64,000 bases of DNA from Rhynchopus sp. YZ270_cl-10 (GCA_964035575.1 OZ037834.1:2232001-2296000), one strand, 5' to 3'. Counted from the stretch's first letter, positions 1 through 11,762 are shown. Numbers and translations are program-made. Notes: a model not told the origin generated them from the sequence alone.

Positions 1-376
1 TCACGACAGCGACCGAGGGTCCATCCCTGGAGTTGGGGTGGGTCTGGATGGTTGTAGGCCGTCGCCTTATCCAGTATGGCGACGGCTCCTTCTCTCGGCA
101 CGTCTCCCGTGCGCAGCTGCTCTCATAGCTATACATTTCAAACATGCAAACCACATCAGGCGTTAACAACTGAGGACTGAAAGGAAATAAGCAACAAGAC
201 TCTGTCATTGTATCGCATCTAATGACAAACAACAGTTTGCACTGTATAAACTGTGCAATGATATGCATAACATGACCTTTTACCTCCCCGGGCCCCATCT
301 GGGACCCTCACCACCCCCCTGGTGTGTACATACCTGTCAGCACCAGCCCCCACAACCCACAAGAACCCACCAAAAG

Positions 377-436
377 AGTCCACCTAGGGGGACTATAGTC
401 CCCCTAGGTGGACTACATAGTCCCCCTAGGGGGACT
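377..436. repeat. Perfect 38-bp palindrome (377-414) plus a second 18-bp palindrome (419-436)
   Basis: agtccacctagggggactatagtccccctaggtggact is its own reverse complement; agtccccctagggggact follows immediately. Confidence 0.9.
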
Positions 437-659
437 CTTTGAGTCCCCCTTTAAGTCCCCCCCAAAGAGTAACTCCCCCCCGGGTAGACTCCACCGTGCA
501 AATCCAGGGTTTTATATAGGAATTTTTTCCTTCACAAACAGGGGCAAAAACTGAGGATTCATTTTTTCTCACCCACCCGCCCAAAATCAAAGCTGTTTTT
601 TCGGCTGGGGCCAGTTGTGGTGTGCCTTGAACCCCCTTGGCTGTAAACCCAATTGATAG

Positions 660-930
660 CAATTCGTGCACCAGGCGCACGTGGTACACGAATTGTAAGT
701 AGCCAGTACATTTATAACAAAGAAAGGGCGGTCATGGCACCCAAAGGTTCCTGGCGAAGCCACGGTACGCAACATTTCAAAAAATTGCGCTTATAATCGC
801 ACATTTTTACAGCCAAACTATGTCAGGGAAGGGTGGGTTGCAATCTTGCGCCGCAGGCGCACGGTACGCTACTTTTATAATTTCGCCATGATACATGCTT
901 CCTTTTCCTTCGGCGTTTGACCAATTGAGT
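660..930 (-). repeat. Dispersed repeat, inverted copy of the interior of the hAT-like element at 23382-24233
   Basis: 745-930 is the reverse complement (diverged) of ~23580-23770, and 660-775 of ~23850-23960. Confidence 0.8.
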
Positions 931-1361
931 CGCGTTCTGGCTGTGACGGGGGTGTGGGTAACCCTTGAGATAGACGTGTGTGTTTTCTTTACTGACTTTG
1001 TTGTTTTCTGTCAACAGAGCTTCGTTTCGGCGACTGACTACCCCGGGCTGCACCCTGAGGCTACACCCCCCGGAGTGGGGTGGGGCAGCCCACCCCAGAA
1101 AAGTTAAAACCCGGGGAAAACCCAGGCTTAAGCCCGGGCTTGCTCTGCGCAAAATTAATTAAGCCCGGGTTTTCCCGGGCTTACTGCCCAAGATTTTCAC
1201 CGCTGGTCACGAGTCGTGTTCTAAGCCAGTAAAACGCCAAAAAAAATTTTTTTTTCTTTTAGGTCCGAAAAGGGGATTTTTTTTTTTTTTTTCAATAACC
1301 GAGGATTGCCCTCAGTTCTGACCCCCTATATAAAAGTCTGCTCAAATCTTCTTCTTCCTGA

Positions 1362-1816
1362 TCAAGATCCTGACAATTTGTGTTTTTTTTCTCTCCTGCT
1401 TAGAACTTGCTTAGAAACGCCGGCATTTGCATTTCCGGAATCCGTCCGGCCAGTGGTGGGGTCAATTTGCCGAAATGGACAAGTTCTCGTTTTTTGGTCA
1501 ATTTCCGCACAGTACAGTACAGTACAGTACAGTACAGTACAGTACAGTACAGTACAGTACAGTACAGTACAGTACAGTACAGTACAGTACAGTACAGTAC
1601 AGTACAGTACAGTACAGTACAGTACAGTACAGTACAGTACAGTACAGTACAGTACAGCAGGCCAAAAAAAAGGTCGAAAACCACTTTTTTTGTCAGTTTC
1701 GTGACATCCCAGCCAGTTGCGGCCCCGGTCTGTAAAATCTGTACCTCTGTATGCCTACAACATAGAGAAGCCCCCTGGTAAAAAAAAAAAAAACACACAA
1801 ATTGTCAGGATCTTGA
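1362..1816. mobile_element. Inverted-repeat-bounded segment (MITE-like) carrying an expanded microsatellite
   Basis: Perfect 22-bp inverted repeat tcaagatcctgacaatttgtgt (1362-1383) / acacaaattgtcaggatcttga (1795-1816). 1405-1500 is an inverted copy of ~12470-12550. No TSD identified. Confidence 0.55.
1509..1657. repeat. (AGTAC)29 pentanucleotide microsatellite
   Basis: Uninterrupted agtac units at 1511-1655. Confidence 0.98.
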
Positions 1817-2642
1817 AAAATCCTGAAGAAAAAAAACACAAAGTGTCAGGATTTCCAGGAATCCTGAAAAAACACAAAAATCTTCCTTAAGATCTTTATG
1901 GTACCGTGATTTTAGATTTTAGAAATTTTTTTTTGGGAGCTCGACTATAGGGAACTCCCCCCGAGCCTGTTCAGGCCTGACGCTAACCATCATCCATCAT
2001 CCCACGGAAAATGGCTTTCCCCCCCGACCAAAAACCATCATCCCACCAAAAATCTGGGAATTCTGTAGGGTTTTGCACGTGGGAAGGGTCTAGAGGAGGA
2101 CCCGGGAGGCTGTACCTCAATTTTTTTTGCCTGCGGCGCCATTTTTTTCCTTTTTTGCTCCGCAAAAAAGGGTTCGTTGAGTGACTCTGTGGTGTAAAAA
2201 GCTAGATTTTTACACTGCACCCTATTTTTTTTTTTGCCTGCGGCGCCATATTATATTATTATTTTTTGCTCTGCAAAAAAACCCCTGGATGAGACCGTTC
2301 GTGCAAAATAACCAGGGGAGTTCGGGTGTCCGAAACACCCGTGACTACACGGCGCTGAGGCGGTGCATGAACCAAGGGTTCAGTTTCTTTAAGTCTGCCT
2401 CGAGGAAGAAAGCTCTGAAACTCATACAGATACCAGTGGTAGTTTTCCGAGAGACCACAAAGTGAGGCGGGCAAACGGCACATTTCGGAGGATTACTGCT
2501 TTGACCGAATTTTGGCCATTTTCGCGAATATCCCCCACCACAAGCTGGGATTGGAGAAAATAGCTCGTAGAACGCCGCTAAACCATCTTCTGTAGTAAAA
2601 AACTCAAGCTATTCAAACAAATGCAAAAAATAAAAAAATAAC

Positions 2643-3382
2643 CAGGGCGTTCGCCCCGGGGCGAAAAATATTTTTTTTCGTTAAAAAAATTTTTTCCTGA
2701 AAAAATGACGTTTTATTTCGCCCCAGGGCTTCGCCCCACCGGGGCGAAACCCTGTATAAATAAATAAATAAATAAATAAAGGGGGGAAAAAAAAAAGAGA
2801 GAGAGAGAGATTTCTCCCCACCACCCTGTAGACCCCCTCCGGGGGTCGCAGAGGGGTGTCCACTGTACTCAAAATCATCCGTAAACCCGCCTGCCGTGAG
2901 AGGAAGTTTCCCCAGCACTCCCGCTCGCTCCTCAATCCTGCAGTCTGCTGAAGGTGTACCGTACCCCCTGTTATAGAAGGTGTCACTGCTCGTGTCAACT
3001 CTATCTTCAATGGCAGAGAGTTGAAAATAATCAAAATAAGGATGAAGTCTCACATGACGGATGCCTCTCTCTTGTACATCTGTTTGATTAAACAACACAA
3101 AGAGACCCTCAGTGAGGGGGGATTGATGAAATTCTTCATCGTTTTGCTGGTTTTAGTATCAGGAAAGTTCAGCTGTAATATCACTTGTGCTGGGGAAGGG
3201 ATCACGCGCAAATCGCAAATTTTTTTGACCATTCAGTACCAGGGATTCACCCACGAACTAACTTCTCTCCGGCGGGAAAATTTTTTTGACCTATTTTAAG
3301 CACTAGTAAAAAAACGAAAATTTCGGGGTTTTTGGCATTTCGCCACGATCAGGAAAAAACGATGGCGATAGCGAACGCCCTG
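2643..3382. mobile_element. Non-autonomous hAT-like DNA transposon, copy 1 (740 bp)
   Basis: 12-bp TIRs CAGGGCGTTCGC / GCGAACGCCCTG; 8-bp TSD AAAATAAC at 2635-2642 and 3383-3390; near-identical copy at 22284-23022. Confidence 0.93.
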
Positions 3383-3573
3383 AAAATAACAAAAAAAAAT
3401 AAATAAATAAATTAAAAAAAAAAAAAAAACATCATATCATTGCTTTAGTGCCGCGTCCACGACGCGATGCACTGCCAACATCTCTTTCTTTTCTTTTCTT
3501 TTCTTTTCACAAAAAAAAAAAAAAAAAAACAAAAAAAAAAACAAAAAAAAAACCCCTTTTTTTAAAAAAAAAA

Positions 3574-3802
3574 TTTTTTTTTTTTACTCCGTGGTTAACC
3601 TCGTTTGAGGTTGCGCGGAGTCCAAAGTCAGGCCAGGGAGCCACCCAACCAGGCTCAACTGCCACATAGGGGGGGGGAGATGTGTGCTGTCTGTGTAGTC
3701 CCCTCAAAACAAGGACAGGGAAACTGTCCCCCACTGCCTTGAGCGGTGAGGAACCCCGCCACGTAGAACAACAAGTAAACGTGGTACGAGGCAGTACCAG
3801 GG
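3574..3802 (-). mobile_element. Candidate short non-autonomous retroposon (CCCTGG head, poly(A) tail)
   Basis: Minus strand starts CCCTGGTACTGCCT..., has a GC-rich multi-hairpin body, and ends ...CCACGGAGT(A)n. No clean TSD. Confidence 0.4.
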
Positions 3803-3852
3803 TCATGTGCCAGCACCCGCGGCAGCACTAAACCCGCCTACAATGTAGGTAA

Positions 3853-3887
<35 letters not shown>

Positions 3888-4197
3888 GCTGACCCACTTT
3901 CATGGAAAGCGACCCACTTCTGGAATTTTCCCCAAAACCAAGCTAGTGCCCTGGTCTTGAACCCATTTCCACAAATGAAAGGTGCCATCTAACTTTGCTT
4001 CCCTTTCCTGCACCTTGCCTGGGTAACTCCACGCAGGAAGCACCCTTTTGCAAGCACGACCGAGCTGCGTTTTTTTTGAGCACATTTCAACCATTTCAAC
4101 ACTTGGTACCAAACCTCCCCTCCACCCCAGATGTAACACACTATACCCATACACAACACCGCTCTGCCCCACCTCTTCCCCCCTTTCCCTCACCACC

Positions 4198-6702
4198 ATG
4201 AGCTCGGGGTGGCTGAGTCACATATTAGCATCATGTATTGCCACCTTCTTGGTCTCTTCTCTTCCCCTCCCTTGCAATGCCGCCCTCACCGGCACTGCTG
4301 CCTTGATTGAAGTGTCAAGCAGTGTGTCTGGGACGATCATATCAGGACTTTGCGTGCACCCTTCGGATCGGAGTGTTGTGTTTTCCCTTGAGGGTGGAAA
4401 TACATTGGGGAGCTGGAATCTTGTGAATGGGGTGGCAACACGGGTTGGGGTGGTGTCGCTTCTCAATGCGGGGGTGATGGATACTGCGACGTCGCTCTTC
4501 TGCGATGCCACCTCGGTGTGGGTGATGCTGTCCTCAGGGACCCTCATCGAGGTGAACACGACCAACCCGAACACCATGACAACCACCCGCAGCGACAACC
4601 CCAACCTCGCCTTCTGCACTGCCCTGCACAGCGGGGTGGACCGCCTCTACGCATGCTGTGAAGACAGCATCGTCTCCTTCGACCGCACCCTCACGACACC
4701 CACCACCACCACCACCAACACCCTCTGCACCTCCCTCGCGCTCGACACGGCAACCGAGACCCTCTACGCGACCACCCCCACAGGGGTAGCCGCCTACTCC
4801 ACAACCGGCGGCGTCCTCAGCACAAAGGCCAGCAATATCAACGCGAGCACCACCTCCCTCACCATATGGCACAACACACTGTACTCTGCCGATTCAGGCG
4901 GCCTCAGGAGACATGCCGCCTCGACCCCTACCCTTCTTAGCGGCGACAAGGCAACTGCAGTGACATTTCTTGCAGCTGCGAGCGAAGACGCGGTACTCTA
5001 TGCTACGGGGCAGAATGAAGGTGGGAATGTACTGCTTGCGGTGCCCTATGGGACGCAAGCTGTGGCAGCAGTGTGGGAGGCGGATGAGGCAGTTGTAGGG
5101 GTGGTAGGGGGATGTGGTGGTGGCTGTGTTGTTGCTGCGATGGCTGACCGCATTGTGGTGCTGACCCCTGCAGAGATACCTCCCTCGAGCGATAGCACGG
5201 AGGTGACGGAGAAGCTGTCAGGACGGATCTGGAAATCCCAAGCAGCAGCCTCTGTTGCCGCAGTGGGAAGCGTGCTCGCTGGGGCAAGCAGTGGTGCAGC
5301 GCTCCGCCTTGTCTTAGTAGCACAGCAGTGTAAAGCGACTGAGAGAAACGAAGCGGACACCCCGCTCCTCCTCCACCCCACCCAATGGGCGTCTGGGGAC
5401 ACGCAGGTTGGTGCCGTGGTAGGCAACCTGGTAGCAGCGTTGGGCGCAGCGTTGATAACGCTTTTGTTCGTTCAAATCGTGGCGTGTACCGGATTGCATC
5501 CAGACCCGTACGCATTGTTGCATTTTCCGGGGTTGCCACTGATGGTCTTCTTTTTGTTGTATCCGGGTACTGCGTGGCAGGCGTTTTCGCTTTTGTTTGC
5601 GGCGGACAGTGTAGCGACGTTTATGGTAGGGGTGGCAGGAGCAGCGTTGTGCTGTATAGTACCGGGTTGTGTCTTGGCGCAGGTGTCGAGAGATATTCCT
5701 ACCTTGGCGCACTTCCGCTGCTTCAAACAGCATGACGAAGGCCTCCGCCGCATGCTTGTCGGCAAAGGCGATTGGGTGTCCCACAGCCCGACAGTGTGCT
5801 GGCAGCAACGCTACACCGGCATCGCACGGCCCTACCACGAACACACGGTATGGTACAGCGCAGCGGAGTTTGCCTGCACCTTCGCGCTCTCCTGTGCAAA
5901 GGGGATCCCAACAGACGGGGTGACGCAGTGCGGGCACATCGACATTGCTTTGGGCTGCATTCTCATGGTCTACGGCACTGTGTCCATGGTGCTGTGGCCG
6001 TTCGCTCGGGCGAGGGATAACGCATTGGATGTTGCAGCCTCGTTTCTGCAGGCCCTCGCGATGACACTCATGAGCATCGCATATTACAACAACGACGTAG
6101 GCTCGTGGACCTTCTCCTTCGCGACGACGGTGTTGCTTCTTGCAACGGGGTTGGTAGTGTTGAAGGCTGTGTTGGATGTGATAGCAACGTTGTCCTTGTT
6201 TTTTAAGGTAGAAGCCATGGCCGCAGTCCTAGAGCTGGAGGATGAACTGTCTGAGGTGGATATGGAGGAAATGATAGGCCGCAGTACAGAGCGGCTGAGC
6301 TCCAGCCCGAAGGGAACGTTGCAGCGGTCGCTTTTATTAACTCCGTTGAGTGCCGACACCTGGACTCCGTTGGACACAGAGATTACGACACCCAAAACGC
6401 TCTTCACACACCCAAGCCCCGCCACCGAAGCAGACCTTGGGAGGAAGGATGCCAGCGCTCTGAACATTAGCGCTTCGAATATTCTCTCTTCATCGCGTCC
6501 GCTGCTCTCGGCAGCGTGGGTGGTGCCTCCAGCGCTAAAGGAGATTGGGGGAGGAGGAGGCGCTGGGGAGAGGAGAACGTTGCGGACCTTGAGTAACCTT
6601 TCTTTTTCGGGAGGTGGAGGTGGTGGAGGAAGTGGTGGTGGTGGTGCAGCATCAACACCGTCGTCGTCGCAGAACAGGGAGGCGGATTTTGAGTTGCTTT
6701 GA
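4198..6702 (+). CDS. Multi-pass membrane protein (834 aa): signal peptide, beta-propeller-like ectodomain, DGF-1 C-terminal-like TM bundle, disordered cytoplasmic tail
   Basis: ATG at 4198 (MSSGWLSHILASCIATFLV...). Beta-strand repeats are followed by GASSGAALRLVLVAQQC...LHPTQW...GAVVGN...FPG and many hydrophobic segments, resembling trypanosomatid/bodonid DGF-1-like C-termini. Confidence 0.8.
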   Translation: MSSGWLSHILASCIATFLVSSLPLPCNAALTGTAALIEVSSSVSGTIISGLCVHPSDRSVVFSLEGGNTLGSWNLVNGVATRVGVVSLLNAGVMDTATSLFCDATSVWVMLSSGTLIEVNTTNPNTMTTTRSDNPNLAFCTALHSGVDRLYACCEDSIVSFDRTLTTPTTTTTNTLCTSLALDTATETLYATTPTGVAAYSTTGGVLSTKASNINASTTSLTIWHNTLYSADSGGLRRHAASTPTLLSGDKATAVTFLAAASEDAVLYATGQNEGGNVLLAVPYGTQAVAAVWEADEAVVGVVGGCGGGCVVAAMADRIVVLTPAEIPPSSDSTEVTEKLSGRIWKSQAAASVAAVGSVLAGASSGAALRLVLVAQQCKATERNEADTPLLLHPTQWASGDTQVGAVVGNLVAALGAALITLLFVQIVACTGLHPDPYALLHFPGLPLMVFFLLYPGTAWQAFSLLFAADSVATFMVGVAGAALCCIVPGCVLAQVSRDIPTLAHFRCFKQHDEGLRRMLVGKGDWVSHSPTVCWQQRYTGIARPYHEHTVWYSAAEFACTFALSCAKGIPTDGVTQCGHIDIALGCILMVYGTVSMVLWPFARARDNALDVAASFLQALAMTLMSIAYYNNDVGSWTFSFATTVLLLATGLVVLKAVLDVIATLSLFFKVEAMAAVLELEDELSEVDMEEMIGRSTERLSSSPKGTLQRSLLLTPLSADTWTPLDTEITTPKTLFTHPSPATEADLGRKDASALNISASNILSSSRPLLSAAWVVPPALKEIGGGGGAGERRTLRTLSNLSFSGGGGGGGSGGGGAASTPSSSQNREADFELL

Positions 6703-7384
6703 AATGTTTTTTCTACCTTAGCGTAGCTTTAAAATGGAGAATTAATTTCTCAGATACGGTCGCCAAATCACCCCTCGGGTGAATTGAGCAATCAACAGAA
6801 AAAAAGATCCTTTTTCTTTTTACATTTGCCTATCAGAGTTATTTCTGAGGGATGTTGAAATTGTCTTTTTTTTTTTTCAGCACACGAGCGGGTGGTGTTC
6901 TTTTTTTGTCCTTTCAACTTCTTTATTTCGAGATTTCCAAGCATTCATCTCAAGTTTCCTGTGGAAGGATTGTGAGATTGAGAGGAAAAAAAAAAGGCAG
7001 CGAGGCGTTAGCTTCTTAGATTCTTACCGAAACGTTTCATTGTTGTTTTTTTTGAAGTTGCATAAATCATTCGAGAGGCAAAGTAGATGGTGGTATTTTC
7101 GTCTCTGCATCCCCAAAGAAGAAAGAAGGTGTCTGAGGCGTTGCTACAGAGAGCAAAAATCCTTAAAATTAGGAAATCTAAAATTTTGAAATGGAGTGCC
7201 AAAAAATTTCAAAAAAAAACAAAAAGTGTAGCTCATCCTCGGAATCAGTCTACACTGAATAATACGATCAACTTTTTCAAAAAAGGAATACGTGCCGGGC
7301 ATCTTCCTCAGGGTGTCTTTTTGCTTGGTATCAAATTCACTTTTTTGCAACTTTTGTCAAAAAAAAAAAAAAAATGACAGTGTA

Positions 7385-7442
7385 TATTGCACAACTGTGG
7401 CAACACAACCGAGGCAACTACACTACAACAATTTATCAAAAA
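7385..7442 (+). repeat. Dispersed direct repeat (second copy at ~11283-11341)
   Basis: attgcacaactgtggcaacacaaccgagg...cactacaacaatttatcaaaa is present at both sites. Confidence 0.8.
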
Positions 7443-8179
7443 AGAAAATAAAGATCCAAAGAATAGCGAGCATTTGCCAAGGTAAGGCAACTATAGTGAA
7501 GTAGACTTCAAATTTTATCAACAAAAAAAAAAAAAACGAAAGTACATAAATGGAGACAAAAAAGGCCGTCTGTAAATAAGCCCTTTTGGGCGACGTTTGA
7601 CCAGAATGCTCTTTTTGCGTGGGTTGACTTTTTTTTATTTTATTTCATTTTTATTGGCAATCCATTTGCCCCGATGCGAAAGTAAAACTCTCGAACGAGA
7701 GAGAAAATGCGAACCCGTTCTTATAAGTATCCGAACCTCCACACAAGGTGATTGTCGATACAAAAAGACTAGGGTTGGCATCTGAGTTGTTGTTGTTTTT
7801 TCGTGCAAAAAAAAAAAAAAAAAATAGCTTCTTCTTTGTTGTAAGGTGACGACGCAGCAGAGAGGGGGCTTAGGTTCATCTTATTTCCACTACTCTAAAT
7901 CGGTGATTACCTTCCCTTCAACGACCCTTTGGGAAGGTCGTTTTGCCACCTTCAGATTCACTTTGTTTGTCAAAGATGTGTGCATGAGAGGTGTTCAATT
8001 TTTTTCAAGTTTTTTTTTAAAGTCTTCATTGTCTTTTAGATGTGCTGGCATAGGGAAGGAGAGATGCGTAAATAATTTGTTGTGTGTGTTTCAAAAAAAG
8101 CAAAAATGTTATTTCAGATTTCCTGTTATACGGTGGTGCCGAAGCAGGCGATGATGCGCTATCCGGTAGTTTTTTTTTT

Positions 8180-8292
8180 AAACCACGAAATGGATGTAGG
8201 AACTGCATGGTTGAGGGTCCGTCCACCCCGGTACAGCCGGTCAATGTACTAAAAGGTGCACTGTTTTCACGAGAGGGCTGTTGTATTTCAAA
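8180..8292 (+). repeat. ~110-bp short interspersed repeat (module 'AAACCACGAAATGGATGTAGG...CACGAGAGGGCTTTGTATTTCAA')
   Basis: Copies at ~8180, 13648, 14375, 19540 (partial), 24960 and 43830. The 3' half alone occurs at ~8755, 12105, 15700, 19960, 23030 and 24575. Confidence 0.85.
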
Positions 8293-8475
8293 CTTTTGTT
8301 TTTGTTTTTGGCAGCCACGCCTCTTCTGGTTGCCCCATATATCTTGCTGTGTTTTTATTGTGCTACAAATAGCGGGGGGGTTCCACACTGCGACTGGGGC
8401 AGAGAGGCGGTTTCCCTATTCCTCGTGGGGCACACAGCCCGCACACACCACATTTTTTTTCCCGTTCAAAGTTGT

Positions 8476-8634
8476 TCCACCTGATTTTTACCCTGCGTAT
8501 AGGCGCGTAAATGCGCGTAAAGGCGTGTACGGGCGGTCCGTATATGCCTGTACGGACCTATACGGCCCTTTTCGCGCCTTTTCACGCCATTACACGCTTT
8601 TACGCGCCTATACGCGGGGTAAAAATCAGGTGGA
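8476..8634. mobile_element. 159-bp hairpin MITE
   Basis: 36-bp TIRs tccacctgatttttaccc(t/c)gcgtataggcgcgtaaa with 1 mismatch; TGT flanks both sides (possible 3-bp TSD). Confidence 0.85.
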
Positions 8635-10476
8635 TGTTGTGCACGAGAGGCATTTTTCATCCTTCAAGCTTTTCCCGACGATATGTGTTCTGCAACAGCA
8701 GGGGTACATTTTCGTCTTCATGTGTTCTTTCCCCATATATTTCCTTGGTACACAGTCACGAGAGAGAGAGGGCTTTGTATTTCAATCAGAATTTTTTTCT
8801 CTTATGCGAATCGATCTTTTTTTCTTGTATTGCAGTATTGTAGTTTGTGTATTTTTCTCAATTTATTTCATTTTTTTTTTGGGCAGGGGGGAGGGGTTTT
8901 TTGTGGGAAGGGGAAGGGTATTTGTGGGTATTTTTAACAACACTGGGGGTTCGATAACCCACGGAGTGTCGGTGCTTGCGTCCCAGAGACGTAACCACAC
9001 TATCCACTTCACCTTTTTTTTTAGATGTGTGTTGTACGAGAGACACGTTCCATCTTAAATTTTTCTTCTTTTTTTTTTTTTTTGTAGTCGGTCAGAGGTG
9101 GCCTGACAACTGTTACCAACTTTCCAACTTCACTTTTTTTTATTTTCCTTTTTTTTTTTTTTTTTTTAGCTTTTCCCAAGGGTACTTGGCTTCTTCCCTC
9201 AACTTTACATCGAAGGTGGGTGGAAGAATGACGACGCGGGTGTTTTATTATTCCTTCTGTTTTCTCTCTCTCTCTTTTTTCTTTTTTCTGTGCCTGCGTC
9301 CCAGAGGCGTTTGCACTATCAACTTCACTTTCTTTTTCTCATCCTTTTTTTTTTTCAACACTGTAGGCGTGTAGTAAATTCGCTCTAAAAACTGTTGCAC
9401 CTATTTCAAAAAAAAAATAACAAAAGTCTTTCCCTCCAAAAAAAAAAAACGCTGCAGAATCATGTTAAAAGTTAACAATGTGTTTTGTTGGTGTTTCGTT
9501 GAGATGTGTTTTCACACCTTTTCAAGCCGCCCCATTTTTTTAGAAATAATTTGGTAAAGTGACTGTGGAGCTTTGCTGAGGACTTATGTGGCTCACAGGG
9601 ACTCATTTTTTTACCAACCTTTTTCTTGTGGGGCGGATGCCTGCGTTCCGCCGATGTACGGTGAGTCGTTTGCACTTTTCAACTTCTCTTTTTTTTGTGT
9701 GTCTTTTTGATGTGTGTGCATGAGAGGCACATGCATTCTTTCTTTCACATCTCTTTTCTCATAAAAAAAAGTTTGGGTACATTTAGTGCACCCTATTATA
9801 CCTTCTATTCAGTAGAATGGTTGGTATATGAATCAATTTTCTCAGAGTAGAAAAGACGGGAACATTTTGATCCCTATACCTATGCTATCAATTTATTGAA
9901 TGCAGATGTTTGAAATACATTCAATGAGGTACACAAGAGATTAGGGTCACCAACCCTTCTCACTTCCCCTTAACAACATGGGGCTCTATTTTTTGCACCC
10001 CCCCTTTTTTTTGTCCTGTTTGCGTTGTTTTGTGATGTGGACAACCTGCACCCTGCGTGTTTCCAGGCCCCCATCTCGACAGGCTCAGACCCCTCCCACC
10101 CTCCTTTTTTAACTCTCTTTTGAAAGAACACACACATGTTAATTTGTCTTTCAAAAATAAAAAATAAATAAATAATACTCTTCTCTTTCTGTTGCTCTGC
10201 CTCAGTGTTCGATCTTTCAAGTGTTACAGTGCAAAGCACACCCCTCTCAGAGGGTGGCTGCGCTCATCCTATCAGTACTTTTTTTTGCCCCCCCAAGGTG
10301 ACTCAGAAGGAGAGGCTTCGGGTCATCTTTATTTGCACGCGTGCCTTTTTGCGTTCCTGTCACGATATTTATTACATTTTGTTGTAGTTCAAATACTTTC
10401 AATTCTGTGAACTGAAAGGATATGAATCTAAGTTTTTCGTTTCTTAATTCTTCGGAATTATGCAAGACCACTGTCC

Positions 10477-10576
10477 AGCGGGATCAATAGGGACTGCCGG
10501 GGTCGTACGTACTCCCACGTCAGAGGTGAAATTCTTAGATCGCGGGAAGACGAACTTCTGCGAAAGCATTCGACAA
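10477..10576 (+). pseudogene. Isolated ~100-bp fragment of cytosolic SSU (18S) rRNA
   Basis: GGATCAATAGGGAC...GTCAGAGGTGAAATTCTTAGAT...AAGACGAAC...CTGCGAAAGCATT matches the conserved eukaryotic SSU central-domain sequence; flanks are non-rRNA repeats. Confidence 0.88.
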
Positions 10577-11729
10577 CACCCGTCTGAAGACCATCCGGGT
10601 AACAGTGTTTTTCACCGATTGACACACCTTTTGGCGGGGGTTCGATAACCTAGTGGAGACACGAGACACCAGTACACCAGTACCCACTCTAGTACACATG
10701 AAGGGCGAAAGGGTGGTTGGGTTGCACCTTTTCAACTTCTCCGTTTTTCTCGTACAATGCAATTCCAGATACAGTCAGCCGAAGCTGTGCGCATCACGGT
10801 TGTGATCAAGGTGACTAAGACATTGAGTAGCAATAACACAAAAAAAAACATTAAAAAAAAAACAAATGACTGATGAATAAACCAAAGAATAATCTAATCA
10901 GACTGAGACATCATTTACCATTCATATCATCCAGTATCACACTATTCCCCTCTTTTTTGGTGTCAATTTCTAACCTTTTTCGATCCTCTCTTCTGTGTGG
11001 GCCAGTGTGGCATATTTCCTTCACGTTTTCTTGCTCTATCTTTTCTCTCTCTTGAAACTGTTTATTATAAAACCAATGAATGCCCAATACGGTTTTTGGT
11101 GCTTTTCGTAGAGTGTTATTTCCCTTTTCTCTCTTTTCTCTCTTTCTGGCCGTTCTGGTGGTGCATATTAACGAAGATCTGATTTCAAAAAAAAAAAGAT
11201 TAAGTACAAAGCCTTAGGGCGACATTGTGTACAGATCCTACTTCTCGGTAGGTGATTGTCGATACAACAAAAAAAAGTGGAGATTGCACAACTGTGGCAA
11301 CACAACCGAGGGCAACTGCACTACAACAATTTATCAAAAAAATATGTCTTTTCCTCTCTACAGCAGACCACACCCCCAGGTCAGCCTTTCGAACGAAAAA
11401 CCGGTTGGAAAAAAGGGGGACTGCAGCGCTTACCACTCTTTTGCAGGTTTTGCTGAATTTTAAGGGGGAGGGTCAATATTCCCAAAACCCGGATTTTGAG
11501 GAAAATTTTTTGGCTGAAAAAATGGGCCATTTCTATTAGCTCATATTTTCCAAAAAAAATTTAAGTGGTCAACAAATTGTCCAATTTTAGACTATTGGCC
11601 CACCACTGCACGCCTTTTTTCTTTCATTGTCATTTTTTTTTTTTTTTACATTTCACTTCATACGGGGCTGGCATCGTACAGTAGATTGGAGGTGTGTGTC
11701 TTGCATCAAATAACTCGCATTTACTTTGA

Positions 11730-11762
11730 GGTGACTGAGCACACGAGAGGCTTAGGTTCATC
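11730..11762 (+). repeat. ~33-nt hairpin repeat GGTGA-CTAAGC-loop-GCTTAG-GT-TCATC
   Basis: Copies at ~7845, 10297, 11730, 19004, 19093, 57723 and 59767; degenerate copies at ~10810, 19215, 36826, 37097, 38861 and 41086. Confidence 0.75.

Noticed and set aside
1..130. GC-rich window start as a CDS end or Helitron terminus (9-bp hairpin at 58-86)
   Set aside because: No recognisable protein motif or CTRR end; context is truncated.
1306..1798. ORFs with (QYSTV)n / (YCTVL)n
   Set aside because: Translations of the stop-free AGTAC microsatellite.
2613..3299. ORFs inside the hAT-like element as a transposase
   Set aside because: Short, with no recognisable DDE, BED or hAT dimerisation motif.
7462..7482. 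AGCATTTGCCAAGG as a second 18S fragment
   Set aside because: Only ~14 nt match with no flanking rRNA similarity.
8946..8965. GGTTCGA motifs as tRNA genes
   Set aside because: No cloverleaf, acceptor stem or anticodon arm; part of repeat module A.
8084..9058. 324-aa ORF
   Set aside because: Runs through interspersed repeats and a MITE; Phe-rich because of T-tracts.
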